From an uncultured Dehalococcoidaceae bacterium (lineage in GTDB: Bacteria > Chloroflexota > Dehalococcoidia > Dehalococcoidales > RBG-16-60-22): a stretch of DNA of 64,000 nt. The notes below the pieces were generated by a model. The model was not told where the DNA came from and did not search any database. It worked only from the letters and a program-made list of their open reading frames with translations. Each line of letters begins with the position of its first letter. Positions within the stretch are counted from its first letter, which is position 1. The DNA lies in contig CAZQWO010000001.1 in assembly GCA_964597015.1 (NCBI GenBank), positions 1,291 through 65,290 on the forward strand, in the 5' to 3' direction. The position numbers were made by a program, and so were the translations under genes. Of the stretch, positions 20,732-29,991 are shown one piece after another.

Positions 20732-21367
20732 TTATTTTTTCTCTTCTTCCTTCTTCTGCCCGGACAGCTGCTCCCGCTGCCAGCGGTGAATTTCGTCGAG
20801 CGCCGGCGGCGAAACGCTGAACACCTCTATATCTTCGGGGAACTGCGCCAGGTGGCCTTCCCGGATGAAGAGCAGTCCCGCCTGGTCTGCTTCCAGTGTC
20901 CCATCAATCTGCTTGACAATATGTTCATAGCGCTTGCGCAGCGCCTCGACGTATAGCTCAGAGACCTGCTGCGCCACCTTCTGGCTGATAAAGCCCGTGA
21001 GGATGAACCGCTCCCAGTCAATGCTCTCCTCGGCCAGGGCCCTGTCCTCAACGGCTTCAATCAGGGCACCGGCCTCGCTCTTCTCTTTAACGACCCGGCC
21101 GCTATCGGTGTTGAATTTCTGTATCGCCTCAAGCCCTTCCTTGCCCGCCTGATAGACAGACTCGTGATAGACGTGCCCCACTTTGCCGAGCTTGGCCTCC
21201 AGGTTCGCCAGCTGTTCGCCGACCTGCTGCCAGTAACGCTGGTACTTTTCCGCGTAATCTTCCGGCGCGTTCTTTCCCGTGAAAAGCAGTGGCACAAGAT
21301 AAAGCTTCCTTTTACTGGCGAATTCCTTCGCTTCCGGTTTCTCAATCTTACCCAGCGGCTCTGCCAT
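20732..21367 (-). CDS. hypothetical protein (211 aa), Lys/Glu-rich C-terminal tail
   Basis: Track ORF trimmed to ATG 21367 (MAEPLGKIEKPE) behind GAAAGGA. No family recognised by eye. Confidence 0.55.
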   Translation of the reverse strand: MAEPLGKIEKPEAKEFASKRKLYLVPLLFTGKNAPEDYAEKYQRYWQQVGEQLANLEAKLGKVGHVYHESVYQAGKEGLEAIQKFNTDSGRVVKEKSEAGALIEAVEDRALAEESIDWERFILTGFISQKVAQQVSELYVEALRKRYEHIVKQIDGTLEADQAGLLFIREGHLAQFPEDIEVFSVSPPALDEIHRWQREQLSGQKKEEEKK

Positions 21368-21471
21368 GGCGCACCATCCTTTCTCTCCACCCATTCTACC
21401 CTCTGTTCTCTCCCTGAACAAGAGGCACAGGCTGTGATATACTTATACTTTCAGAGAGGCGATAATCAATC

Positions 21472-22140
21472 ATGGTCAAGGACTACTACCAGATTCTGGG
21501 CGTACCGAGGAACGCCAGCCAGGACCAGATTAAAAAGGCATACCGGAAGCTGGCGATGCAGTACCATCCCGACCGCAATCCGGGCAAGGAATCTTGGGCC
21601 AACGAGAAGTTCAAGGAAATCAATGAGGCCTTCGGCGTTCTCGGTAACCCGCAGAAGCGGCAGCAGTTCGACCAGTTTGGCACCGTCGGCAACATCGGTG
21701 ATATCTTCGGCAGCCCCTTTACCAGGACAACTTTTGAAGACCTGATGAAGGACTTCGGCGGCTCCGGGCTGGGCTTCGATTTCCTGGACAATATCTTCGG
21801 TGATGCTTTAAGAGGCCGGGGATTTTCTTTCCGGACGTTCAGTCGTGGCGCTCGCGGCCCGGGAAGAGGCATCAGGTTTGAGGCGCCGGGCGGCATAAAC
21901 CTAGAGGAGATATTCGGTCGGCCCCGGCCGACACGCCGCCCCGAAGTACGCTATGAGGTAGTCATTTCCAGAGAGCAGGCCGCTCAGGGATTGGAAAAAG
22001 ACCTTGTGCGGAGGGGTAAAAAGCTGAGGGTGAAAATCCCCGCCGGCGTGAAGAACGGCGGTAAAGTGAGGCTGCGCAACGCCCGCCAACTCACCGATGG
22101 GCAGCCGGGTGACATTATTATAGTGGTCAGGGTAAAGTAG
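21472..22140 (+). CDS. J-domain protein (DnaJ/CbpA-like, no zinc-finger region)
   Basis: [34 protein letters not shown]-domain with the HPD motif. Gly/Phe-rich linker. Short DnaJ-C-like end. Confidence 0.85.
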   Translation: MVKDYYQILGVPRNASQDQIKKAYRKLAMQYHPDRNPGKESWANEKFKEINEAFGVLGNPQKRQQFDQFGTVGNIGDIFGSPFTRTTFEDLMKDFGGSGLGFDFLDNIFGDALRGRGFSFRTFSRGARGPGRGIRFEAPGGINLEEIFGRPRPTRRPEVRYEVVISREQAAQGLEKDLVRRGKKLRVKIPAGVKNGGKVRLRNARQLTDGQPGDIIIVVRVK

Positions 22141-22280
22141 GATGAACTCCTGGGCTTAAAGAATGTAGGTTAGAACATTAGATACAGAACCAACCTCGTC
22201 AATCTAACAATGTAATATTAACAGGATATGTCACCTATCTCGTGGTAAATTAAATTCCGCCACTAATTGAGTTTGCTAGT

Positions 22281-22466
22281 TCAGGTAGTCCTGTCTTCTA
22301 CGGGGGCTGTTGCAGCATTTTTTTTAACAGATTCAATCCCATTTATCGCGTTGGCTTTCGTCGTGTAACCTTCTCCTGAATCAGCAACTATCTGTCCGTT
22401 TTCGTGGCGAAGCCTCCACCGATACTCTCCTGCTCTGTCCTTGTAGAGCTCAAATGTTGCTGCCAT
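22281..22466 (-). CDS. YegP/DUF1508 family protein
   Basis: MAATFELYKDRAGEYRWRLRHENGQIVADSGEGYTTKANAINGIESVKKNA matches the single DUF1508 repeat pattern. Confidence 0.8.
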   Translation of the reverse strand: MAATFELYKDRAGEYRWRLRHENGQIVADSGEGYTTKANAINGIESVKKNAATAPVEDRTT

Positions 22467-22676
22467 AATACGTACCTCCTTTTACTTAAATTAAAAATGG
22501 CGCCAGCCACGCATTCTATTTAGCGGTCACTGACACCCCTTTTCCATCACCGCAACTCCATTAGTCTATGTTTTTCAGGTCTCTTTCATATCAGGTAAGT
22601 GCTATTATAGTCCCATCTGATTAAATGTCAATACTCTAAAATGCCGGATAAACAGTAAAATAGCTAATATAATTTC

Positions 22677-22705
22677 TTGCAACCCTGCCTTCCTTGAACT
22701 ATAAT
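22677..22705 (+). promoter_or_regulatory. putative sigma-70 promoter for hyi and the reductase gene
   Basis: TTGCAA, 17-nt spacer, TATAAT. Confidence 0.5.
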
Positions 22706-22773
22706 GCTGTTTGGACTTTCCGTAGATAATATCACCGCAAACTGTTAAAACTGTCGTGTAAGGAGGGATGAGT

Positions 22774-23553
22774 ATGCCCAAGTTCAGTGCCAATCTGTCC
22801 ATGCTGTTTACCGAAGTTGGTTTTGCTGACCGTTTTGAACGGGCGGCCAGAGCTGGTTTCAAAGCCGTGGAATGCCAGTTTCCTTATGAGCTGCCCAAGG
22901 AAAATATCGCCGAGACGCTGGATAAATACGGCCTGCAAATGGTCCTGCACAACGTGCCATCGGGCGACTGGGCGGCCGGGGAGAGGGGCATCGCCGTCCT
23001 GCCGGGACGGGAGAGTGAGTTCCAGGATGGGGTGGGGAAAGCCATTGAATACGCCAAAGCGCTCAAGTGCCCCCGCCTCAACTGTCTGGTCGGCCTTACC
23101 CCGAAGGGCGTTCCGGCGGACAAGGTGCGCCAGACCGTGATAAGCAACCTTAAATTCGCCGCCGGGGCAATGCAGAAAGAAGGCATCGCCACGCTGGTTG
23201 AATCACTTAACAGCTATGATGTCGCCGGCTTTAACCTGACCTGCTCCGCGGAAGTATTTCAACTCATTGATGAAGTCAATCATCCCAACCTTTCATATCA
23301 GTATGACATCTACCATATGCAGGTCATGGAAGGCAACCTGACCAAGACAATCCGGGATAACATCAAGCGTATCGGTCATATCCAGCTCGCCGATGTGCCG
23401 GGCAGGCATGAACCGGGTACCGGCGAGATTAACTTCCCCAATCTGTTCAAGTTCATTGACGAGGCAGGATACACCGGCTGGATTGGCTGCGAATACAAGC
23501 CGGCCGGTGCTACTGAAGCTGGCCTGGGATGGGTCAAACCTTATCTAAAATAA
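22774..23553 (+). CDS. hyi: hydroxypyruvate isomerase
   Basis: MPKFSANLSMLFTEVGFADRFERAARAGFKAVE.. is a Hyi/TIM-barrel pattern. The second ATG (22774) is chosen because AAGGAGGG directly abuts the first ATG (22768). Confidence 0.85.
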   Translation: MPKFSANLSMLFTEVGFADRFERAARAGFKAVECQFPYELPKENIAETLDKYGLQMVLHNVPSGDWAAGERGIAVLPGRESEFQDGVGKAIEYAKALKCPRLNCLVGLTPKGVPADKVRQTVISNLKFAAGAMQKEGIATLVESLNSYDVAGFNLTCSAEVFQLIDEVNHPNLSYQYDIYHMQVMEGNLTKTIRDNIKRIGHIQLADVPGRHEPGTGEINFPNLFKFIDEAGYTGWIGCEYKPAGATEAGLGWVKPYLK

Positions 23554-23581
23554 TAAAGGAAAAGGAGGAAAGATATACAAA

Positions 23582-24472
23582 ATGGCAAATCTTGGATTCA
23601 TTGGCGTAGGCATAATGGGCAAGCCGATGGCCGGTCACCTGATGGAGGCAGGCCATAAAGTCCACGTTTACGACGTGGTTGACGCGCCGGTCAAAGAGCT
23701 GGCGGCAAAAGGGGCCGTTGCCTGTGGCACCTGCAAAGAGGTGGCCGAGAAAGCGGATATCGTCTTCATGATGGTACCCGATACGCCAGACGTGGAAGCC
23801 GCTCTCTTCGGTAAAGGCGGCGTTATCGAAGGTGTCAAGAAGGGCTCGATTGTGGTGGATATGAGCTCCATCTCCCCGATCGCCACCAAAGAGTTCGCCA
23901 AGAAGCTCGCGGAAAAGGGCGTGGAAATGCTCGACGGCCCGGTTTCCGGCGGCCAGGTGGGCGCACAGAACGCCACCCTGTCTATAATGGTCGGCGGCAA
24001 GCCGGCGGTATTCGCCAAGATAAAGCCCTACTTCGAGCTTATGGGCAAGAACATCGTCCACATTGGCGGCAACGGTGACGGTCAGACCTGCAAGGTGGCC
24101 AACCAGATTGTGGTCGGCGAGACCATCATGGCCATCAGCGAAGCCCTTTTATTCGCCTCCAAGGCTGGCGCTGACCCGAGCAAGGTGCGAGAGGCGCTGC
24201 TCGGCGGCTTCGCGCAGAGTCGCATCCTCGACCTGCACGGCAAGCGGATTATCGAGCGGACTTTTCAGCCGGGCTTCCGCATTCGCCACCAGCAGAAGGA
24301 CCTGAACAACGCTCTGCAGGGCGCCCGCAGCCTGGGCATGAGCCTGCCGGGTTGCGCGGTAGCGCAGGAACTTTTCAATGCCCTCGCCGCCCAGGGCGAT
24401 AGCGACCTTGACCATTCCGCGCTGGTGCTGGCACTGGAGAAGCTCGCCAACCACAAGGTCGCCGGTAAATAG
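23582..24472 (+). CDS. 2-hydroxy-3-oxopropionate (tartronate semialdehyde) reductase
   Basis: NAD-binding N-terminus LGFIGVGIMGKPMAGHL. Beta-hydroxyacid dehydrogenase family length. Adjacent to hyi. Confidence 0.85.
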   Translation: MANLGFIGVGIMGKPMAGHLMEAGHKVHVYDVVDAPVKELAAKGAVACGTCKEVAEKADIVFMMVPDTPDVEAALFGKGGVIEGVKKGSIVVDMSSISPIATKEFAKKLAEKGVEMLDGPVSGGQVGAQNATLSIMVGGKPAVFAKIKPYFELMGKNIVHIGGNGDGQTCKVANQIVVGETIMAISEALLFASKAGADPSKVREALLGGFAQSRILDLHGKRIIERTFQPGFRIRHQQKDLNNALQGARSLGMSLPGCAVAQELFNALAAQGDSDLDHSALVLALEKLANHKVAGK

Positions 24473-24504
24473 ACAAGCCGGTTCTTAATTGAATACGGGA
24501 ATCA

Positions 24505-24536
24505 GGAGAGAGGCGGTGCCTCTCTCCAATTTTTTT
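24505..24536 (+). terminator. rho-independent terminator
   Basis: GGAGAGAGG-CGGTG-CCTCTCTCC (perfect 9-bp stem) followed by AATTTTTTT. Confidence 0.75.
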
Positions 24537-24703
24537 ACCTTGCCCCGGATACCGCAAGACAAATGGCATGCGAATTTTAGAAAATATTTAGAAATCGGGC
24601 TCGCATCTTTACCTTTTATTTAGCATCATGGCCTTATCCTGTAAAGGCGAATAAAGCAAACGCATGTATGGAATAACGCTTATTACCTATGACTAAAGAG
24701 CTA

Positions 24704-24732
24704 TTGTCATTTGCCATTTGGCTAGATAAGAT
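24704..24732 (+). promoter_or_regulatory. putative promoter of pilus gene set 1
   Basis: TTGTCA, 17-nt spacer, TAAGAT, about 45 nt upstream of the pilB start. Confidence 0.3.
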
Positions 24733-24778
24733 AGCTTCAGTGAGCGTGCGTTAAACAGCTTAACGGGAGAAACAGCCA

Positions 24779-26317
24779 TTGACGCCTGAAGTAAATATTG
24801 AAGAAGCTCAAATCGAGACGCCGCAGACCAGGCTGCACAAGCACCTGATCCAGCCGGAAGCGCTGCGCCTTATCCCTGAAGCTGTGGCGAGAAAGCACGC
24901 CGCCATTCCTCTGGAAATAAGCGGCAATGTGCTCCACGTTGCCATGGTCAACCCATCCGACATCATTGCCCTGGAGGCGCTGGCCACCCGAAGCCAGATG
25001 CACGTTGTGCCGGTGAAAGCCAGCGCGCAGGAAATCCAGGACGCCATAGATTTCAACTACCAGTCATATGAAGAAATTGAAAAACAGATATCCAGCATCT
25101 CGCTGGAAGAAGAGAAAACCGAGCCGCAGGTAAAGCTGGACACGGTAACCGATGCCCCGGTGGCCATGGCACTCGCCCTCATTATCGACGAAGCGGTTAA
25201 AGCCCGCGCCTCGGACATACATCTCCAGCCCCAGGAAGATAAGCTGCTGGTACGCTACCGCATCGATGGCACGCTGCACACCATGCTGTCGCTGCCGCTG
25301 TCAACGGCCACGCCGCTTATTTCTCGCATCAAGGTTCTGGCCAATATGAATATCGCCGACCATCACCGTCCTCAGGACGGTCATCTTTCGGTGCGAACCA
25401 AAAGCGGGCAGGCAATAGATATCCGCGTCGGCACCGTGGCCACGGTGTATGGAGAGATGGGTGCCTTGAGGCTCCTCGACAAGTCCAGGGCCATCATGAC
25501 CCTGACTGACCTCGGTTTTCTGTCCCAGAGCCTGTCCAAGTACGAAGAGATGCTCAAAATCCCGTACGGCATGCTTCTGGCCAGCGGACCCACCGGCGCC
25601 GGTAAAACCACCACCCTTTACGCTTCCATAAACTGCCTGGACTGCGTGGGCCGGAACATTATTACCATCGAGGACCCGGTGGAATACCGGTTCAAGCACA
25701 TTAACCAGATTCAGGTTAATCCACGTGCTGGACTCACCTTTGCCAGCGGGCTCAGGTCCATACTGCGCCTCGACCCGGACGTTATCCTGGTCGGTGAGAT
25801 ACGTGACGCGGAAACAGCCCGCATCGCCATTCAGTCGGCGCTCACCGGTCACCTGGTACTGTCTTCAATCCATGCCAATGATGCCGTTGGGGTGGTGTTC
25901 CGACTCCTGGACCTTGGTATTGAGCCTTTCCTGGTCGCCTCAGCGCTTATTGGTGTCATCGCCCAGCGGATGGTGCGGCGGGTCTGCCCCGACTGCGGGC
26001 AGATGACCCCGGTTCCACTCGTGGAGCAGATGGGTTATGAGAAAGAAATAGGCGAAGAACGAAAAGAGTTTCACAGCGGCAAGGGCTGCAAGTCATGTTC
26101 CAATACCGGCTACCACGGTCGGTTGGGGCTGTTTGAGATTCTGCAGGTCAGTGATGAAATACGGATGATGCTGCTCAACGGCACCACCACCGCCGAGCTT
26201 AGAAATCAAGCAACCAAGGATGGGATGGTGCCTTTAGTCAAGGACGGTATGTTGAAGGTTAAAGAGAATTTGACCACCCCTGCTGAAGTTCTCCGCAACG
26301 CATACTCCGTGGACTAG
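24779..26317 (+). CDS. pilB: type IV pilus assembly ATPase (GspE/PilB family), copy 1
   Basis: Walker A GPTGAGKTTTL. T2SSE N-domain LIPEAVARKHAAIPLE. Tetracysteine CPDC..CKSC. TTG start. Confidence 0.9.
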   Translation: MTPEVNIEEAQIETPQTRLHKHLIQPEALRLIPEAVARKHAAIPLEISGNVLHVAMVNPSDIIALEALATRSQMHVVPVKASAQEIQDAIDFNYQSYEEIEKQISSISLEEEKTEPQVKLDTVTDAPVAMALALIIDEAVKARASDIHLQPQEDKLLVRYRIDGTLHTMLSLPLSTATPLISRIKVLANMNIADHHRPQDGHLSVRTKSGQAIDIRVGTVATVYGEMGALRLLDKSRAIMTLTDLGFLSQSLSKYEEMLKIPYGMLLASGPTGAGKTTTLYASINCLDCVGRNIITIEDPVEYRFKHINQIQVNPRAGLTFASGLRSILRLDPDVILVGEIRDAETARIAIQSALTGHLVLSSIHANDAVGVVFRLLDLGIEPFLVASALIGVIAQRMVRRVCPDCGQMTPVPLVEQMGYEKEIGEERKEFHSGKGCKSCSNTGYHGRLGLFEILQVSDEIRMMLLNGTTTAELRNQATKDGMVPLVKDGMLKVKENLTTPAEVLRNAYSVD

Positions 26318-26382
26318 CGCTGCCCTGAGCCCATATTAAATCACCGCAAACATAGAGCAGGAGTGCCTCTGGGGAGAGACAG

Positions 26383-27603
26383 ATGGTTTTCCGATACATC
26401 GCCTATAACGAAAAGGGAGAGGTAGTTAAAGGCAAACTGCCGGCGGTCAATGAAGAAGCCGCCAACGACCTGCTTGGCTATGCCGGCTATCTGGCAATTA
26501 GCCTCAAGCCTTATATTCCTTTCCTTAATCCTTTCCTTAATATCGATAAGCTGACGTCCGGTCTGTCGCAGGTTAAGCCCGGCGATATCATCCTCGTGTA
26601 CCGGCAGATGGCCATGCTTCTGGAGTCGGGCATCGATATCGTGACGGCACTGGAACTGCTGCAGGAGCAGGCTACCAATCGGGCACTGAAGAGGGTCCTC
26701 GACGACGTAATCGCAGAACTGCGCGCTGGTCATCAGCTCTCCAGGGCGCTGAGCAAGCACCCCCATGTCTTTTCCCCCATTTACTGCAAACTGATAGGCG
26801 TCGGTGAGCAGAGCGGAGACCTTGAGACGATTCTCAGACAGGTGGCCGATTATATGGAAAAAGAAGTTACCACCGCCAAGGAGACCAAGAGCGCCTTGAT
26901 GTATCCGGCGATTACTTCGGTAGTGACGGTCGTGGTCATCGCGATCCTGGTGACGTTTGTCTTACCCAGCTTTGGCAGTCTGTACAGCTCGCTTGGCGTT
27001 GACATGCCCGCATCCGCCCAGCTGCTCATCGACCTGTCCGGTAAGCTGAAGGAGTACTGGACCTATCTCATGCTGGGCACACTGGCGGCTCTCGGCCTGA
27101 CTTATGTCTACATCAAAACGCCGAAAGGTCGCGCCAAACGGGACCGGCTGATTCTGCGCCTGCCATTGCTCGGGCGCGTGTGCCACCTGAACGAACTCGC
27201 CCGGATATGCCGGAGCATGTCGCTGCTGTTTCGCACCGGGCTGCCACTGACGGAAATACTCCCCCTGCTCATCCAGAGCAGCCGGAACCGGGCACTATCC
27301 CAGGCGCTGACCAATGTCCAGCAGGACATGATAAAGGGCGAGGGCATATCAAAGCCAATGTCCAAGAACCATCTCTTCCTGCCCATGATGGTGCAGATGG
27401 TAAGGGTCGGCGAGGAAACAGGCAACCTTGACGCCACACTGCTGGCAGTGTCCCGAAGTTACGAAGCCGAGGCCGAGGACAAGACACGCTCCCTCATCGC
27501 GCTAATCCAGCCGGTGATGACGCTGATTATCGGCATGATTATCGCTGGCATGGCCTTTTCCCTGGTTTCGGCGATGTATTCCATCTATGGACAGGGGTTC
27601 TAA
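26383..27603 (+). CDS. pilC: type IV pilus platform protein (GspF/PilC family), copy 1
   Basis: 406-aa protein with duplicated T2SSF domains and three membrane segments. Confidence 0.9.
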   Translation: MVFRYIAYNEKGEVVKGKLPAVNEEAANDLLGYAGYLAISLKPYIPFLNPFLNIDKLTSGLSQVKPGDIILVYRQMAMLLESGIDIVTALELLQEQATNRALKRVLDDVIAELRAGHQLSRALSKHPHVFSPIYCKLIGVGEQSGDLETILRQVADYMEKEVTTAKETKSALMYPAITSVVTVVVIAILVTFVLPSFGSLYSSLGVDMPASAQLLIDLSGKLKEYWTYLMLGTLAALGLTYVYIKTPKGRAKRDRLILRLPLLGRVCHLNELARICRSMSLLFRTGLPLTEILPLLIQSSRNRALSQALTNVQQDMIKGEGISKPMSKNHLFLPMMVQMVRVGEETGNLDATLLAVSRSYEAEAEDKTRSLIALIQPVMTLIIGMIIAGMAFSLVSAMYSIYGQGF

Positions 27604-27617
27604 CCGGGGAATTGATT

Positions 27618-28019
27618 ATGAGATTCTGGCAGAAAATTATGAATATCTATCGGCGGGAGTCAGGCATAACCTTTATGGAAACGGTTATTGCTCTGGCCAT
27701 CCTGGGCACTGTTTCCGTTTGTTTTCTCCACGGCTTAACCACGGCTTCCAAATCCGTTTTCATCACTGATGAGCATTCCACCGCCGAAAGCCTGGCCCAG
27801 AGCCAGATGGCATGGGTGAAAGATGCCAGCTATTCCTACAACGCCACCTCATACTCCGCCGCGCCGATTCCCGGCGGCAAGGATTACCGACAATACTCGG
27901 CCACGGTGTTAGCCGAGCCGCTACATACGCCGGATGATGGCCTCCAGAAAATCACCATAACCATTGAGCGCTCCGGCAAAGGAATATTTAATCTTGCAGG
28001 GTATAAGGTCAACCGATGA
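27618..28019 (+). CDS. prepilin-type minor pilin/pseudopilin
   Basis: ..RRESG/ITFMETVIALAILG is a class III signal with Gly-1 and Glu+5. Start is ambiguous among TTG 27612, ATG 27618 (GGGGA SD) and ATG 27639. Confidence 0.75.
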   Translation: MRFWQKIMNIYRRESGITFMETVIALAILGTVSVCFLHGLTTASKSVFITDEHSTAESLAQSQMAWVKDASYSYNATSYSAAPIPGGKDYRQYSATVLAEPLHTPDDGLQKITITIERSGKGIFNLAGYKVNR

Positions 28020-28546
28020 AACGCGGTGAGAAAGGGTACACACTTATCGAATTAGCCGTAGCTGTCACCATCATGGTGCTGGTGAGCGGTGCCGCCTCCA
28101 TAGCCATAATTCAGATTTTAAAGGGTACGGAGACGAACAATACCCATATGAACGCCGTGCGCCAAGTGCAGAATGCCGGTTACTCGATATGCCGTGATGC
28201 GAGAATGGCACAGAGCATTGATACGGATAATTTGACGGCACCGGATTTCCTGGTCTTCAACTGGACGGAATGGGATAGCGAAGACGAGGAAATATATCAT
28301 TCGGCTACCTATTCTTTTGAAGGCCTGGCCGAAGGTATAGGTAGCCTGAAAAGAGCTCACTGGAGCAGCGCCGGGGCAAATGAACAGACCCTTATCGCAC
28401 AGCATATTTATTACAGTCCGGCGAACCCGGATGACAGCAGTAAAGCTGCCTATCCGGCCCCATTGCTGACCCTGCAACTCACCTCCATCGTTGGGGATGA
28501 AATGGAGATAAGAGAATACCGCATCAAACATCGACCCAATATCTAG
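28016..28546 (+). CDS. prepilin-type minor pilin
   Basis: MKRGEKG/YTLIELAVAVTIMVLV N-terminal methylation motif. ATGA overlap with the upstream gene. Confidence 0.8.
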   Translation: MKRGEKGYTLIELAVAVTIMVLVSGAASIAIIQILKGTETNNTHMNAVRQVQNAGYSICRDARMAQSIDTDNLTAPDFLVFNWTEWDSEDEEIYHSATYSFEGLAEGIGSLKRAHWSSAGANEQTLIAQHIYYSPANPDDSSKAAYPAPLLTLQLTSIVGDEMEIREYRIKHRPNI

Positions 28547-28560
28547 CGGGTGGAAAACCA

Positions 28561-29415
28561 ATGCGTAGAATCTGGCGATTAATAATGAAAGGAGAACTGG
28601 GGCAGGCTTTCCCGATTACGCTGGCCTTCTTAATTATCGGCGGGCTGACCATTCTGCCCAGCCTGAACCTGACTTATTCCAGTGCCAAAACAAGTAACAT
28701 GCTTCAGGACGGCATAAAGGGCACCTATGCGGCCGATGCCGGTATTGAAGATACTCTGTGGGCGCGGGCACACGACGCGGAGCCTTCCAGCCAGCTATCA
28801 GAAAATATCAACGGCATGCCGGTAAATATCCAGACCGTAGACGAAGGCGAATATACCCTTTATCTTGGTGAATTTATTGAACCCGGTGACCACAATGACT
28901 ATCTTGACGTGGCCGGTAATATTACCTGGGATGCCGGAGCCGGTGCTTGCAAATATACCATTACCGTCATCTGGCAGCCGGAATCCGGATTACCGAAAAT
29001 ACATCTGGTGGGAGTTGGCGCCAGGATTCCTCCCGGCTACAGTTATGTGGCGGGGTCGGCGGCTGATTTTACGGAAAACCTGTCCACTGATGAACCGGAT
29101 GAAACCCTGGATTCGCAGGGCGCGTACCTGCTGGACTGGGAACTGGACTCGCCATATCCCTACGTGACCGAGACCGAACCGGTGAAAACACAGATTTTCT
29201 ACATAACCGGAAGCGGAGACCTGGAGGGATATTACGCCTGGGTGGTCGCCAACCGGAATGATATCGGTGCGGTGGGTGAAATCACCGGCACATTCTACGA
29301 AATCACCGCCACCGCCCTTAATCCAGAGAATAACCAGGCCTCGGCAACAATCGTTGCCAAGGCAATGATTGGCGGTGGAAACACGTATATTACATCACGG
29401 CATATCAGCAATTAA
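28561..29415 (+). CDS. PilX-like pilus-associated protein
   Basis: N-terminal hydrophobic segment GQAFPITLAFLIIGGL followed by YAADAGIEDTLW, resembling the PilX N-terminal pattern. No Glu+5. Confidence 0.5.
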   Translation: MRRIWRLIMKGELGQAFPITLAFLIIGGLTILPSLNLTYSSAKTSNMLQDGIKGTYAADAGIEDTLWARAHDAEPSSQLSENINGMPVNIQTVDEGEYTLYLGEFIEPGDHNDYLDVAGNITWDAGAGACKYTITVIWQPESGLPKIHLVGVGARIPPGYSYVAGSAADFTENLSTDEPDETLDSQGAYLLDWELDSPYPYVTETEPVKTQIFYITGSGDLEGYYAWVVANRNDIGAVGEITGTFYEITATALNPENNQASATIVAKAMIGGGNTYITSRHISN

Positions 29416-29436
29416 TGGAAAAACCGGGAAGTAAGA

Positions 29437-29988
29437 ATGAAGATTAGTAAGAAAAGCTGGTTGTCCATCGGCGTCGGCCTGTTCCTCATTGCCTTGGTGG
29501 GCCTGTGGACGGTCTATTCACAACAGTCCGGCGAGAAGAACCAGCTGAAAGAAGAGCTTGCCCAGGCCAAGGCAAGGCTGACCTTGATTCAGATCGAGCA
29601 GCTGGCGAACCAGCAGAGTGAGCTCGAGTGGCAACTCGATGAAACAATGCGGCAGTCTGAATCTGCCCGGGAAACGCTCTCACAGCCGATGAACAGCATA
29701 ATCATCAGCGATATTTTATTCCGCACGGCCGAGGCCAACAGCGTGAATATCACCACGATAAGCTCCTCAGGGGCAAGCCAGATGACCCTGGCTGGCGTTC
29801 CCTGCCAGGCGCTGCCTCTCACCGCCAATATCGAGGGAGAAGTGGCCGACCTGGTTGCTTTCATCACCGAGCTCAATGGCGACCTTGCTACTATTAATTT
29901 AAAGGCAGTGAGCATGGAAATACCCGCTGGAGACAGGAAGCCCACTGCCAGCATTCAGATAGAAGCTTACACGTACGAAGGAAGTTAG
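29437..29988 (+). CDS. PilO-like pilus alignment protein
   Basis: One N-terminal TM helix, a coiled-coil (QLKEELAQAKARLTLIQIEQL), and a C-terminal ferredoxin-like segment ..IEGEVADLVAFITELN.. Confidence 0.6.
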   Translation: MKISKKSWLSIGVGLFLIALVGLWTVYSQQSGEKNQLKEELAQAKARLTLIQIEQLANQQSELEWQLDETMRQSESARETLSQPMNSIIISDILFRTAEANSVNITTISSSGASQMTLAGVPCQALPLTANIEGEVADLVAFITELNGDLATINLKAVSMEIPAGDRKPTASIQIEAYTYEGS

Positions 29989-29991
29989 GCG

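Noticed and set aside
22605-22950. Minus-strand ORFs of 85 and 72 aa overlapping the hyi promoter and 5' end
   Set aside because: They overlap a TTGCAA-17-TATAAT promoter and the well-supported hyi gene. They have no SD and no motif.
24564-24578. Sigma-54 promoter (TGGCATGCGAATTTT) upstream of pilus set 1
   Set aside because: The -24 element is acceptable, but the -12 element is TTTT rather than TTGC. No sigma-54 enhancer-binding protein is encoded in the locus, and the regulators present are NarL-type.
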